Assembly: GCA_002499085.1 (NCBI GenBank)
Contig: DAKD01000032.1
Location: 1,315-65,314 of the forward strand
DNA: 64,000 nt
Reading direction: 5' to 3'
Source: Methanomassiliicoccales archaeon UBA280
GTDB taxonomy: Archaea; Thermoplasmatota; Thermoplasmata; SG8-5
The notes below the pieces were generated by a model that made no database searches, was not told the origin of the DNA, and was given only the letters and a program-made list of their open reading frames with translations. Position 1 is the stretch's first letter; each line of letters begins with the position of its first letter. Below, piece by piece: positions 17,789 to 26,752 of this stretch. The position numbers were made by a program, and so were the translations under genes.

Positions 17789-17904
17789 GTGCTCACCAGA
17801 TGATTGCACGCGCGCGCAGGCAGTTGCGGCAACCTGGCTCGCAAAAATCCACCCATGCCATTAAATACCCACCCGGTATGGGATTGGTAAAGAAGGAATG
17901 AATA

Positions 17905-19251
17905 ATGGGATGCGAAAATTTCTCAGAATTTAAACTCCTGGAGCCGCTCAACCGCGCCATCCGGGACGTAGGATACTCTGTGCCCACCCCGGTTCAGGTC
18001 CAATCGATTCCGCCGCTGATGGCGGGAAGGGACCTGCTCGGATGCGCGCAGACAGGAACAGGAAAGACGGCAGCATTCGCGCTGCCCATACTGCAGCACA
18101 TGGCTACGGTGAGGGGACAGAGGCGGAAGGGTTATGTCAGGGCGTTGATAGTCACTCCGACCCGCGAGCTTGCCGCCCAGATAGACCAGAGCATGAAGGA
18201 TTACTCCAGGTACACGAATGTCACGGGCGCCGTGATATTCGGCGGAGTGGGCCAGAACCCGCAGGTCAGGGCTTTGGAGAGGGGAGTCGACATACTTGTG
18301 GCGACGCCCGGACGCCTTCTGGACCTCATGAACCAGGGCCATTTACGTCTCGACAGCGTGGAGATATTCGTCCTGGACGAGGCGGACCGCATGCTGGACA
18401 TGGGCTTCCTCCCGGACATAAAGAGGATACTGGCCAAGCTGCCGGCGAAGCGCCAGACCATGTTCTTCTCTGCGACGATGCCTCCGGACATAGTCAGACT
18501 GGCAAGGACCATGGTCAGGGACCCGGTCAGCGTCGACGTGACGCCCGATATCCCGGTTGTGGAACTCATAGACCAGCGCCTGATGTTCGTCGAGCGCAAG
18601 GACAAGGTCGCGCTGCTGGAGCGCCTGCTCCGCGAGAACGGTGTGAACCGTTCGCTGGTGTTCACCAGGACCAAGCACGGCGCCAACAAGATTGTCAGGA
18701 TACTTGACCGCGCAGGAATACGCGCGCTTGCCATACACGGGAACAAGGCCCAGAGTGCCAGGACGAAGGCGCTCGAGGACTTCCGGACCGGAAGGGTGAG
18801 AGTGCTCGTGGCAACGGACATCGCAGCCAGGGGCATAGATGTTGAGGGCATAAGCCATGTCGTGAATTTCGACATACCGAATGTGCCTGAAACGTACGTT
18901 CACCGCATAGGCAGGACTGCCAGGGCGGGAAACGCAGGCATCTCTGTATCGTTCTGCGACTCCGAGGAGAGGTCCTATGTCAGGGACATCGAGAAGCTTC
19001 TCAGACATCCGATACCGGTGGTCAGTGACCATCCGTACCATTCCGAGGCTGCCGCAAAATCGACGCAGCTGGCGCCCCCGCAGGGACAGAGAGGACATGG
19101 CCGACCCCAGGGAGAGCGCAGGGCCAGACCGCAGAATCAACAGGGCAACAGGCGGCCCGGAAACCCGAGACGCAGCGAACGTTCCGGAGCCAGGCGGGGA
19201 AACTCGGACTTCAGGCAATCTCGTCCAGGTCAATCCCAGCCGACTCGCTGA
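17905..19251 (+). CDS. DEAD-box ATP-dependent RNA helicase (RhlE-like) with basic C-terminal tail
   Basis: Q-motif region, AQTGTGKTAAF, PTRELA, DEAD, SAT and HRIGRTARAG motifs. Confidence 0.93.
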   Translation: MGCENFSEFKLLEPLNRAIRDVGYSVPTPVQVQSIPPLMAGRDLLGCAQTGTGKTAAFALPILQHMATVRGQRRKGYVRALIVTPTRELAAQIDQSMKDYSRYTNVTGAVIFGGVGQNPQVRALERGVDILVATPGRLLDLMNQGHLRLDSVEIFVLDEADRMLDMGFLPDIKRILAKLPAKRQTMFFSATMPPDIVRLARTMVRDPVSVDVTPDIPVVELIDQRLMFVERKDKVALLERLLRENGVNRSLVFTRTKHGANKIVRILDRAGIRALAIHGNKAQSARTKALEDFRTGRVRVLVATDIAARGIDVEGISHVVNFDIPNVPETYVHRIGRTARAGNAGISVSFCDSEERSYVRDIEKLLRHPIPVVSDHPYHSEAAAKSTQLAPPQGQRGHGRPQGERRARPQNQQGNRRPGNPRRSERSGARRGNSDFRQSRPGQSQPTR

Positions 19252-19798
19252 GCTCACGGTGGAGTTTTTCCATCCTGGCGGCCTGTTTCTCGTGGCCTTT
19301 CCCGCGCTCCCGGGCGACAGCGTCAGCGACCTTCCAGCGCTTAGGGCCGCGCCCATCGTGGGTGAACAGGTTGTCCGCATGCGCCACTATCTTCTCGGCA
19401 GGTGTCTCGGGCATGTAGTTTCCAGGAGGAAGGCCGAGCTTCTCCGCTTCCTCAGTGTCTATCCCGGCTCCGATATGGCGCTCCACGATCCTGATTATGG
19501 CCCCGTCCAGGTTTCTTTTCCTGAGAATGTCGGCCCCGGCAACGGCATGGCCGATGCCATGGGTCTTGGCACGGCCGATGTCATGGAGGAGGGCTGCGCG
19601 GCTGATCATGTCCATCGCCTCTTGGCCGAGGTTCATCCTCCTGGCAATTTTCAGGGCCAGGTGCTCGACTGCCATGCAGTGGTCGATAACCGTGTTGGGG
19701 CAGTTCTCCTCCGCGAGGTAGGAAAGGCAGGTTTCTACCGAAGGGACTCTTCCGCGACAGGAGCATGAGTGAGCAGAGGCATCGGATGCATCATTCAT
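19211..19798 (-). CDS. HD-domain phosphohydrolase (small archaeal HD family)
   Basis: H...HDIGR...H..D pattern (DHCMAVEH, LLHDIGRAKTHG, VERHIGAG). Start overlaps the trm56 stop. Confidence 0.75.
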   Translation of the reverse strand: MNDASDASAHSCSCRGRVPSVETCLSYLAEENCPNTVIDHCMAVEHLALKIARRMNLGQEAMDMISRAALLHDIGRAKTHGIGHAVAGADILRKRNLDGAIIRIVERHIGAGIDTEEAEKLGLPPGNYMPETPAEKIVAHADNLFTHDGRGPKRWKVADAVARERGKGHEKQAARMEKLHRELSESAGIDLDEIA

Positions 19799-20297
19799 TT
19801 TCCAGCACCGTCTTTCCCCTGGGGTCCGGGACTATCTTCATCCGGCCGTCCGCGAAATCGGGCATCTTCTCCCCGCGGTACTTGTATAGGAACAGGGCCA
19901 GGGCCGCGACCTCGGAATGGGGCTGGTTTCCCACGGATATGTTGATCGTGGCCAGTTCATAGACCTCGCGCGGAACCTTCTCCGCCCCGACGACTATCAT
20001 GAGGTCTTTCTGCGGGTCCAGTGCCCCGAGTCCCTTTTCCAACTCCTCTCCGTACATTGTGAGATGCACAATCTGGCCCTTGAAGCCCTTCATCTGCTCG
20101 CGGTGCTTCACCCCGGTCTTTATCGAGACCTTCCCGCCCCATCTTTCGCAGGTCGAGACGAAATTCCTCTCGAGATCCGGGTCCCTGGTGTCCACGAGAA
20201 TCCGGTCGGCGCCGAAGGCCCTAGCGACGAGCGCGACATGGGTGGTTATCCGCTTGTCCCTCTCTGGCCTGTGGCCTATCCTCAGAACCGTTATCAA
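19791..20297 (-). CDS. trm56: tRNA (cytidine56-2'-O)-methyltransferase aTrm56 (SPOUT)
   Basis: The N-terminus MITVLRIGHRPERDKRITTHVALVARAFGA is characteristic of aTrm56. Typical ~170 aa. Confidence 0.85.
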   Translation of the reverse strand: MITVLRIGHRPERDKRITTHVALVARAFGADRILVDTRDPDLERNFVSTCERWGGKVSIKTGVKHREQMKGFKGQIVHLTMYGEELEKGLGALDPQKDLMIVVGAEKVPREVYELATINISVGNQPHSEVAALALFLYKYRGEKMPDFADGRMKIVPDPRGKTVLENE

Positions 20298-20301
20298 AAA
20301 A

Positions 20302-20811
20302 TCACTCTTCGTCGTGCAGCTCTATCCTGTGCCCGCGGTAATCGAACTTCGCGGACCGCTTCACAAGGCTCTTGAGCATGGTCTGGCTCAGCTTCAGCTC
20401 CTCTGCGACGTCGCCCGCGAACCTGCCCTCCTTGCCAATCGACTTGAGAATTTTGGCCTCCAGTTTCTTGAAGTCCTTGTCAGGCATGCCTGCGGCGGCG
20501 ATCACGTCGCTTATCTCGAACACCGAGCAGGATGTATTGATGTGGAACGCCGAGTAATACGTATGATAAGCTTTGACAGGCTTCTGCTGGCTTCCCTCCG
20601 GAGGCTGCTGCCACCTTGTCTCGACCAGCTTCATCTTGTTGAAGAGCCTGAGCACGACCGGGCCTTCCTCCCCGTACTTCTCCTCTATTTCCTGGGCAGT
20701 CTTCCAGCCCGCGGAGACTTCCTTGAATATCTCCCGCTTCATCTCCGTGTCCACGGCCCTGAATGTCGAAACCAGTTCGGAAGGGTCGTTCACAACCTTT
20801 ATCCTGTTCAT
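20302..20811 (-). CDS. Winged-helix (ArsR-like) transcriptional regulator
   Basis: wHTH-like N-terminal segment (FKEVSAGWKTAQEIEEKYGEEGPVVLRLFNKMKLVE) and a second HTH-like C-terminal segment. Start trimmed to the Met at 20811, because the longer ORF would overlap the tRNA on the other strand. Confidence 0.65.
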   Translation of the reverse strand: MNRIKVVNDPSELVSTFRAVDTEMKREIFKEVSAGWKTAQEIEEKYGEEGPVVLRLFNKMKLVETRWQQPPEGSQQKPVKAYHTYYSAFHINTSCSVFEISDVIAAAGMPDKDFKKLEAKILKSIGKEGRFAGDVAEELKLSQTMLKSLVKRSAKFDYRGHRIELHDEE

Positions 20812-20914
20812 ATGACCGCACCTATATGCTGATTTAAAGATATAAAGATGACACATTATTTGGATTGGCCTGAAACGACAAGGTTTTATAGGGTGTCCCA
20901 GATGCCCGGCATGT

Positions 20915-21068
20915 GCCGAGATGGCCCAGCCCGGTAAGGCGCAAGACTGGAAATCTTGTGTCCGCAAGGATGCGGGAGTTCAAAAGGGGCTCGGAGTCAT
21001 TTCATTATCTCCGAGCTGGCGAATCAGGTTGATTGGATTCGTGCCCCGTGGATATCTCCCTCTCGGCG
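20915..21068 (+). tRNA. tRNA-Ser (anticodon GGA) with a ~70-nt non-canonical intron in the T-loop (about 20985/6 to 21054/5)
   Basis: Acceptor GCCGAGA (20915-21) pairs perfectly with TCTCGGC (21061-67), discriminator G. Anticodon arm CAAGA-CTGGAAA-TCTTG. Long variable arm TCC-GCAA-GGA. T-stem GGGAG (20974-78) pairs with CTCCC (21056-60), but the T-loop TTCAAA is followed by ~70 nt containing two hairpins. TTTTATA box ~27 nt upstream and a T-run downstream. Confidence 0.8.
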
Positions 21069-21103
21069 CTTAGCTTTTTTATTGTTGGGATTCGCGCCTC
21101 GAG

Positions 21104-21312
21104 GTGCGGCGATGCTAAAAATTGTCACATGGATACGCCGCACCCTGCGCCGAATTGGACTGCAAAGTGATTTCACAATTCGGCTTGCTCGCGCTGACGC
21201 TTCCAAATTGCCAAGGAGCTACAGCGCTCGTCTCGGCGCTTTCCATGCAAGAGCATAGATAAGTAATAGAAGTGCGGCGATGCTAAAAATTGTCACATGG
21301 GTACGCCGCACC
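21104..21312. repeat. Direct repeat of a 41-bp hairpin unit GTGCGGCGATGCTAAAAATTGTCACATGG(A/G)TACGCCGCACCCTGCGCCGA at 21104-21144 and 21272-21312
   Basis: Two copies with one mismatch. Each folds as an 8-bp stem GTGCGGCG/CGCCGCAC around a 24-nt loop. Confidence 0.8.
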
Positions 21313-21383
21313 CTGCGCCGACTACCGTAATGTGTTGAATGCATCTGTTATCAGTTGATGGCTATGCATTCGACCATGGCCGG

Positions 21384-21522
21384 CTCCCGGGTTGACGGCT
21401 GAATCAGGGCCATGAAACATAAGCACTTGAAAGCAAGAGGTGAATGCGGGAACTGAATCCCGCAAAAAAAAAGCATTCGCCATGAATTGCCTATGAGATT
21501 GTTGCGCAATTCAAAAAAATTC
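21384..21522. repeat. Dispersed ~130-bp intergenic repeat, copy 2 (copy 1 at 300-428)
   Basis: Same ordered blocks as copy 1, in the same orientation. Confidence 0.75.
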
Positions 21523-21642
21523 GGTAATCAGCAATCTGGCAGCGCCATGATTACCGATAGATAGCTTTTAATACCGGCGCTGTCTAGATGCATTGTCCAG
21601 AAGATGAGAGATTCATCATCGTGGACAACAGGAGAAAAAACA

Positions 21643-21792
21643 ATGTATAACAGCGACAGAGAGATGCACAAGGCCACTTGTGCGGATTGCAAGCAGGAAT
21701 GCGAAGTGCCGTTCAAGCCTTCGGAAGACAGACCAGTATATTGCAGGGATTGCTTCCAGAAGCACAGGCCGCCGCGAAGGGACAGATATTGA
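21643..21792 (+). CDS. CxxC-x17-CxxC zinc-binding small protein
   Basis: MYNSDREMHKATCADCKQECEVPFKPSEDRPVYCRDCFQKHRPPRRDRY, giving CADC-x17-CRDC and a basic tail. Start trimmed to the Met at 21643. Confidence 0.75.
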   Translation: MYNSDREMHKATCADCKQECEVPFKPSEDRPVYCRDCFQKHRPPRRDRY

Positions 21793-21932
21793 GTTCGCCG
21801 AATTCGATTTTATTCTTTCACAGAATTCGAAATAATGAGGGGGCCAAAAGGCTCCCTTCCCTTTAACATCGCGGTTGTGAACTTGGCACCCGATACCAAA
21901 CGTTTTTAGATTTCCACCCGTTACCTTATCAC

Positions 21933-24080
21933 ATGTCCCCGGACAGAAACGCTCTGGAGAGCCTTTTCAATCCGAAATCAGTCGCGGTCATAGGCGCGTC
22001 AGCAAAGGAGGGCAGCATAGGCCACAGCCTTATCCAGAATCTGCTGGCTTCCGGCTACATGGGGAAGATCCTTCCTGTCAACCCGAAGTACACCGATATC
22101 CTGGGCGTGAAGTGCTGGCCCGGGATAGAGGCTCTTCCGCAGGCCCCTGATCTCACAGTTGTGGCGGTTCCGGCAGAGGCTGTCTCCCAGGTCGTCGAGA
22201 AGGCTTGCCAAGCCGGCGGCAGGATGTTCATCATCATTTCCAGCGGCTTCGACGAGGTGGGCAGGCATGACCTCACCCACGACCTCACGGCGGTGCTGAA
22301 GAGGCATCGGGCCAGGGCGCTCGGGCCGAATGTTTTCGGCGTGTTCTCGGCCAAGGCCGGGATGAACGCGACCTTCGGGCCCCGGGAGATTCGGGCGGGA
22401 AATGTTGGCCTGATATCGCAGAGCGGGGCTTTGGGAGTCGCCCTCATGGGCAAATCCGTCACTGACAGCATAGGCCTGTCCGCGGTCGTGAGCGTCGGCA
22501 ACGAGGCAGATATCACGGAGGCCGAGGCCCTCGAATACCTGGGTGACGACGAATCCACTTGTGTAATCCTGATGTACATGGAGGGATGCAGGAACGGCAG
22601 GCATTTCCTTGATGTCGCGACCAGGGTATCGCGCAAGAAGCCGATAGTCATCATCAAGTCGGGGAGCTCGGCCAGGGGAGCGCTTGCAGCCGCCTCGCAC
22701 ACAGGCTCCCTCGCGGGCTCCGACATGGTGTTCAGCGCCGCAATTAGGCAGGCCGGGGTGATAAGGGCCGACGACCTCACTGACGCTTTCAACTGGACAA
22801 GGGCGCTGGCCAACCTGCCCCTGCCCAAGGCGCCCGGCACGGTGATTGTCACGAACGGCGGCGGAGTCGGGGTCATGGCCTCGGACTCGGCAGAGAGGCA
22901 CAATGTCACGCTGAACTCGGACCTGGAGATGCTTGAAAGGGTGTTCCGCCCGACAATGCCCAAGTTCGGCAGCTCGAAGAACCCGATAGACGTAACTGGC
23001 CAGGCGAGGAACGAGGAGTATGGCATGGCGCTCAGGGCGTCGCTTGAGGAGGGAACCATACCTTCGGTCGTGGGCCTCTACTGCACGCCGGCCACGATGG
23101 ATGTCACCAAATTCGCAAAAACCGCCGTGCAATCCGCAGGCGAGCTCACGGGCATCAAGCCCATGGTGTTCTCCATAATAGGCGGGCAGGGAGTGGCCGA
23201 GGCCATTGCCATGCTCAACGCCAGCGGCATACCCTGTTACGGGACCCCGGACGAGGCCATGTCGGCAATGGGCGTGCTGTACCGAAGGATGAACTGGCTG
23301 GCCAAGAAGCAGGGCGCTCCCGAGGAATTCGACATGGACCTGGATGCGATCAGGGCCATTATTGACAGGGCCCTATCGAGGAATCAGACCCAGCTGCTGG
23401 AGAGCGACTGTGCCGAGATACTGAGGCTCGCCGGCCTGGAATTCCCCAAGACAGCGGTGGCCAGGACTATGGAAGAGGCAGTGAAGGCGGCCGAGTCAAT
23501 CGGCTACCCGGTTGTGATGAAGATCCTATCGGAGGAGATAGTTCACAAGACCGAGTACGGGTGCGTGAAGCTTGACCTGGAGGATGAGAGAGAGGTGAGA
23601 GTGGCCTACGAATCCATAATGGCCGAGGCAAGGCGCCATTTCCCCAAGGCAAGGATTGAGGGCGTCACAGTGACCGAGATGGTGATGGGCGCAACCGAGA
23701 TGATACTGGGATTCTCGGAGGACCGGTCGTTCGGGCCGGTCGTCATGTTCGGGATGGGGGGCATCTATGTCGAGGTCATGAAGGATGTGAGCTTCAGGGT
23801 GGCTCCAGTTTCCAGGCAGGAATGCGAATCCATGGTGAAGGCCATTAACTCATACCCAATCCTGATGGGTGCCAGGGGAAAGGCCGTGAGAGACATACCC
23901 AAGGCGGTCGACGCCATATCGAGAGTGTCATACCTGGCCACGCACACCAGGGACATACTGGAGCTGGACATCAACCCGCTCATGGTTCTGGCCAGGGGCA
24001 AGGGCTGCAAGGTCGTGGATTCAAGGATGACCATTAGAAAAGCTATTAATAGGGAAGAGATTACCGAGGAATTCCCATGA
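21933..24080 (+). CDS. acd: Acetate--CoA ligase (ADP-forming), fused alpha-beta (ACD)
   Basis: N-terminal CoA-binding domain (SVAVIGAS), succinyl-CoA-synthetase-like ligase domain with a phosphohistidine loop (AASHTGSLAG), and a C-terminal ATP-grasp domain (GYPVVMKI...). Confidence 0.9.
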   Translation: MSPDRNALESLFNPKSVAVIGASAKEGSIGHSLIQNLLASGYMGKILPVNPKYTDILGVKCWPGIEALPQAPDLTVVAVPAEAVSQVVEKACQAGGRMFIIISSGFDEVGRHDLTHDLTAVLKRHRARALGPNVFGVFSAKAGMNATFGPREIRAGNVGLISQSGALGVALMGKSVTDSIGLSAVVSVGNEADITEAEALEYLGDDESTCVILMYMEGCRNGRHFLDVATRVSRKKPIVIIKSGSSARGALAAASHTGSLAGSDMVFSAAIRQAGVIRADDLTDAFNWTRALANLPLPKAPGTVIVTNGGGVGVMASDSAERHNVTLNSDLEMLERVFRPTMPKFGSSKNPIDVTGQARNEEYGMALRASLEEGTIPSVVGLYCTPATMDVTKFAKTAVQSAGELTGIKPMVFSIIGGQGVAEAIAMLNASGIPCYGTPDEAMSAMGVLYRRMNWLAKKQGAPEEFDMDLDAIRAIIDRALSRNQTQLLESDCAEILRLAGLEFPKTAVARTMEEAVKAAESIGYPVVMKILSEEIVHKTEYGCVKLDLEDEREVRVAYESIMAEARRHFPKARIEGVTVTEMVMGATEMILGFSEDRSFGPVVMFGMGGIYVEVMKDVSFRVAPVSRQECESMVKAINSYPILMGARGKAVRDIPKAVDAISRVSYLATHTRDILELDINPLMVLARGKGCKVVDSRMTIRKAINREEITEEFP

Positions 24081-25117
24081 AATCCTTAACCATCACGTCC
24101 ACAAGGACTGCGGCAGGAAAGACGACAGTCGGTTTGGGCATTGCCCTGAACACCAAGCTGAAATGCGGCTTCTACAAGCCCTACGGTGACCATCTGGTCT
24201 ACAGCAAGAAGAACCTCCATGACCTCGACGCCATGGTCTTCCATAACTGGCTGGGCATGGACAATATAGTTCTGGAAAGCACGCTCGGCTTCGACGCTGA
24301 CAAGATAATATCCCACTGGAACCACAAGGAGCTGGACAGCGTTCTGAAGCGGAATTACGAGGCTGTTCGGGCCAAGCACGATCTCACCATAGTGGAGACT
24401 GCCAGGAATTACTCTTTCGGCGGGCACATGGACATGGATTCCATTTCCCTGGCGCAGAAATTCGACTCCGAGATACTCCTGGTCGCGGAGGGGGACGTGT
24501 CCCTCATCCTGGACAAGGTCCTGGCCATAGCCAAGTGCGCCGAGAACATCGCCAAGTTCAAGGGCATCGTCATAAACAAGGTCAGCGAGGAGGACTGGGA
24601 CAAGGTGAAGATCGAGGTCCCGCCGGTGCTGGAGAGGAAGGGCATAAAGCTCCTCGGCATGCTTCCCAAGCATCCCGAGCTTGAATGGGGCCACATGCGC
24701 CTGGTCCTGGAGAAGCTCAACGCCAAACTGATTGCGGGGGGCGACGGCATCGGCAAGGTCGTCAAGACTGTGCAGGTGGGTGCGCTGAGCGCCGAGCAGG
24801 CAATGAAGATGCCTAACTTCTTCCGGGAGAACAAGGTCCTCATCACGGGCGGCGACAGGATCGACCTGATCTACGCATGCCTGGCTCCCGAGACCGCTGG
24901 CATCGTTCTCACCAACAACATACTGCCGCATCCCAAGGTAATAGCGAAGGCCGACGACATGGACATTCCGATCCTCTCGGTGCACATGGACACCTACTCG
25001 ACAGCCAAGGCAGTCGAGAAGATCATCGCCGAGATTTCCCCGGATGAGGTTGACAAGAGAGAGCTGATCAAGAACATGGCTAAAAAGGAACTTGACCTGG
25101 ATGCCATTCTGGCATAA
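24077..25117 (+). CDS. Phosphotransacetylase-family N-terminal-domain protein (BioD-like P-loop + DRTGG), lacking a PTA catalytic domain
   Basis: P-loop TSTRTAAGKTTVGLG and DRTGG-type motif VLITGGDRIDL. 4-nt overlap with the acd stop. Confidence 0.75.
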   Translation: MKSLTITSTRTAAGKTTVGLGIALNTKLKCGFYKPYGDHLVYSKKNLHDLDAMVFHNWLGMDNIVLESTLGFDADKIISHWNHKELDSVLKRNYEAVRAKHDLTIVETARNYSFGGHMDMDSISLAQKFDSEILLVAEGDVSLILDKVLAIAKCAENIAKFKGIVINKVSEEDWDKVKIEVPPVLERKGIKLLGMLPKHPELEWGHMRLVLEKLNAKLIAGGDGIGKVVKTVQVGALSAEQAMKMPNFFRENKVLITGGDRIDLIYACLAPETAGIVLTNNILPHPKVIAKADDMDIPILSVHMDTYSTAKAVEKIIAEISPDEVDKRELIKNMAKKELDLDAILA

Positions 25118-25121
25118 TGTC

Positions 25122-26408
25122 TCACAATTCTTTGTTCACGTCATCCAGAAGCCGCTTCGCGCCTATCTCTTCGAAAAGGGCCTTCGCGTCAGCGAACATC
25201 TGTTTGGCCTTCTTCCTGTCGCCCTTGGCCTTGTACATCTTTCCCAAATCGAAAAGCAGCTGGCCCTTGTGATACTTGGATGAGAGGCCTTCGGTTATCT
25301 CCATGGCCTTTGCAAAGAGTTCCTCTGCCTTGGCCCAGTCCTTCTTCTTCGAATGTCCCATGGCCTGGAGCCTGATGGAGCCCTGTATGCCCATGGTGTC
25401 GTTCAGCGGCTCCAGCATCTTGAGGGCCTTATCGCCGCGGGTTATGGCCTCGTCCACCTCGTCAATGTTGAGAAGCGCCTCGCCCGAGTTGAACAGGCTC
25501 CAGCCTATGAACTGCTGGTTGTTGATCATCCTGGCGAATTCCTCGGATTTCTCGAAATGCGATATGGCCTTCTTCCATTCCTTCTGCTGCATGTAGGAAT
25601 CGCCGATGTTGTTGTAGACCCTGGAAAGCTGGCGGTGGTCCCTCACGCCCTCGAGCAGTGGTATGCTCCGGTCGAACCAGTCTATGGCCTTCACAAGGTC
25701 GCCCAGGTCGCTGTACACGAGCCCGAACTCGATCATGATCTGGCCAAGCAGTCCCTCGTCACCTGTTCTCTCTGCATTGGAATGGCCTTTCTCGAGCCAT
25801 TCCAGGGCGCGGCTGTAGTTGTTCCTGTGCCATTCGAGATGACCGAGCCACCTGGAGGCGTCCGCAATGCCCAGGGGATAATCGGCCGACTGCGATATGG
25901 AGAGGCCTTTGTTGAGGTACTCTATGGCTTCGTCCCACTTGTCATTTCTCTCGAATATCAGCCCTATGCCGATGTTGGCCTCGGCTTCCTTGAGCGGGTA
26001 GTCGGCCTTCTTCGCGTACCTGATGGCATTCCTGAAAGCCCTGTCGCCCTCGTCGAAATCACCTATGACCTGGCAGGCGGTGCCCAATGAAACATAGATG
26101 TCAGCGAAGCGCCTTGCCATGTTGGGGTCGCCTTCCTTGCCCTTGAGCGTGTCCAGCTCCATCTGGACCTTGAGCTTGCGAATCTGGTTGCCCACCTTCT
26201 GGGCTGTCTCGTCGCCCTTGGAGGGCCTGATGGCCCTGATGAGGGCCGGCGTGAGCCGGATAAGGTCGCTGACCTTTATCTCCTCGGGCCTGATGCTGAG
26301 CTCGGAGCACTGCGTGATGAAAACCGTCTGGCCAAACTCCGGCCCCAGCTCCGCATTGAGAATCCGCCTAATCTCGGATACGAGCTTGTAGCCAGGTTGT
26401 TCTATCAT
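25122..26408 (-). CDS. TPR repeat protein
   Basis: Eight or more TPR units (e.g. AEANIGIGLIFERNDKWDEAIEYLNKGLSI). Start trimmed to the Met at 26408. Confidence 0.8.
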   Translation of the reverse strand: MIEQPGYKLVSEIRRILNAELGPEFGQTVFITQCSELSIRPEEIKVSDLIRLTPALIRAIRPSKGDETAQKVGNQIRKLKVQMELDTLKGKEGDPNMARRFADIYVSLGTACQVIGDFDEGDRAFRNAIRYAKKADYPLKEAEANIGIGLIFERNDKWDEAIEYLNKGLSISQSADYPLGIADASRWLGHLEWHRNNYSRALEWLEKGHSNAERTGDEGLLGQIMIEFGLVYSDLGDLVKAIDWFDRSIPLLEGVRDHRQLSRVYNNIGDSYMQQKEWKKAISHFEKSEEFARMINNQQFIGWSLFNSGEALLNIDEVDEAITRGDKALKMLEPLNDTMGIQGSIRLQAMGHSKKKDWAKAEELFAKAMEITEGLSSKYHKGQLLFDLGKMYKAKGDRKKAKQMFADAKALFEEIGAKRLLDDVNKEL

Positions 26409-26497
26409 GCCGTCTTTCCCGGTACATAAATAACGGGGACTCTTAAAAAGGTATTGATACCGGGAACTTGTCAAGAATTCAGGGATATTGGGACAAG

Positions 26498-26687
26498 TTG
26501 CTAGGGTCTAGGGTCTGCGCCAATAATATGGGATAAAGGGTCTAGGGTCTAGGGGAGCTGGCTTGGTTTGGACAAGCCAGCAAATGCGATTTGGAGGCAC
26601 CCTATGACCCTATCGCTGAATCAGAGATTCGGCTCAGTCGCGACACTTTGTCGCTCCTAGCCCCTAGCCCCTAGACCCTATGACCCT
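26498..26687. repeat. MITE-like element built from TAGGGTC heptamers, copy A (copy B at 37567-37748)
   Basis: The 5' part has CTAGGGTCTAGGGTCT...AAAGGGTCTAGGGTCTAGGGGA. The 3' part has the complement CCTAGCCCCTAGCCCCTAGACCCTATGACCC. Internal hairpins are GCTGGCTTGG..CAAGCCAGC, GAATC-AGAG-ATTC and GTCGCGACA..TGTCGC. About 90% identical to copy B by eye. Confidence 0.85.
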
Positions 26688-26752
26688 GAACCAAAATATT
26701 CACCAAGAATTAGACAGACCCATACCAGCCCAAGTACGACGAATCGCGGCGC

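Noticed and set aside
18042-19768. ORFs 18042-18707(+), 18201-18875(-), 18343-19380(-) and 18977-19768(+) overlapping the DEAD-box helicase and HD genes
   Set aside because: Off-frame or antisense shadows with Arg/Gly/Pro-rich composition. The real genes are defined by the DEAD and HD motifs.
20811-20967. N-terminal 52 codons of ORF 20302-20967
   Set aside because: The extension overlaps the tRNA-Ser gene and its promoter on the other strand and has no protein-like features. The Met at 20811 gives a sensible wHTH protein.
21999-26090. Antisense ORFs in acd, the PTA-like gene and the TPR gene (21999-23132, 22055-23059, 24086-24985, 25353-26090)
   Set aside because: Shadow ORFs. The sense frames carry clear domain signatures.
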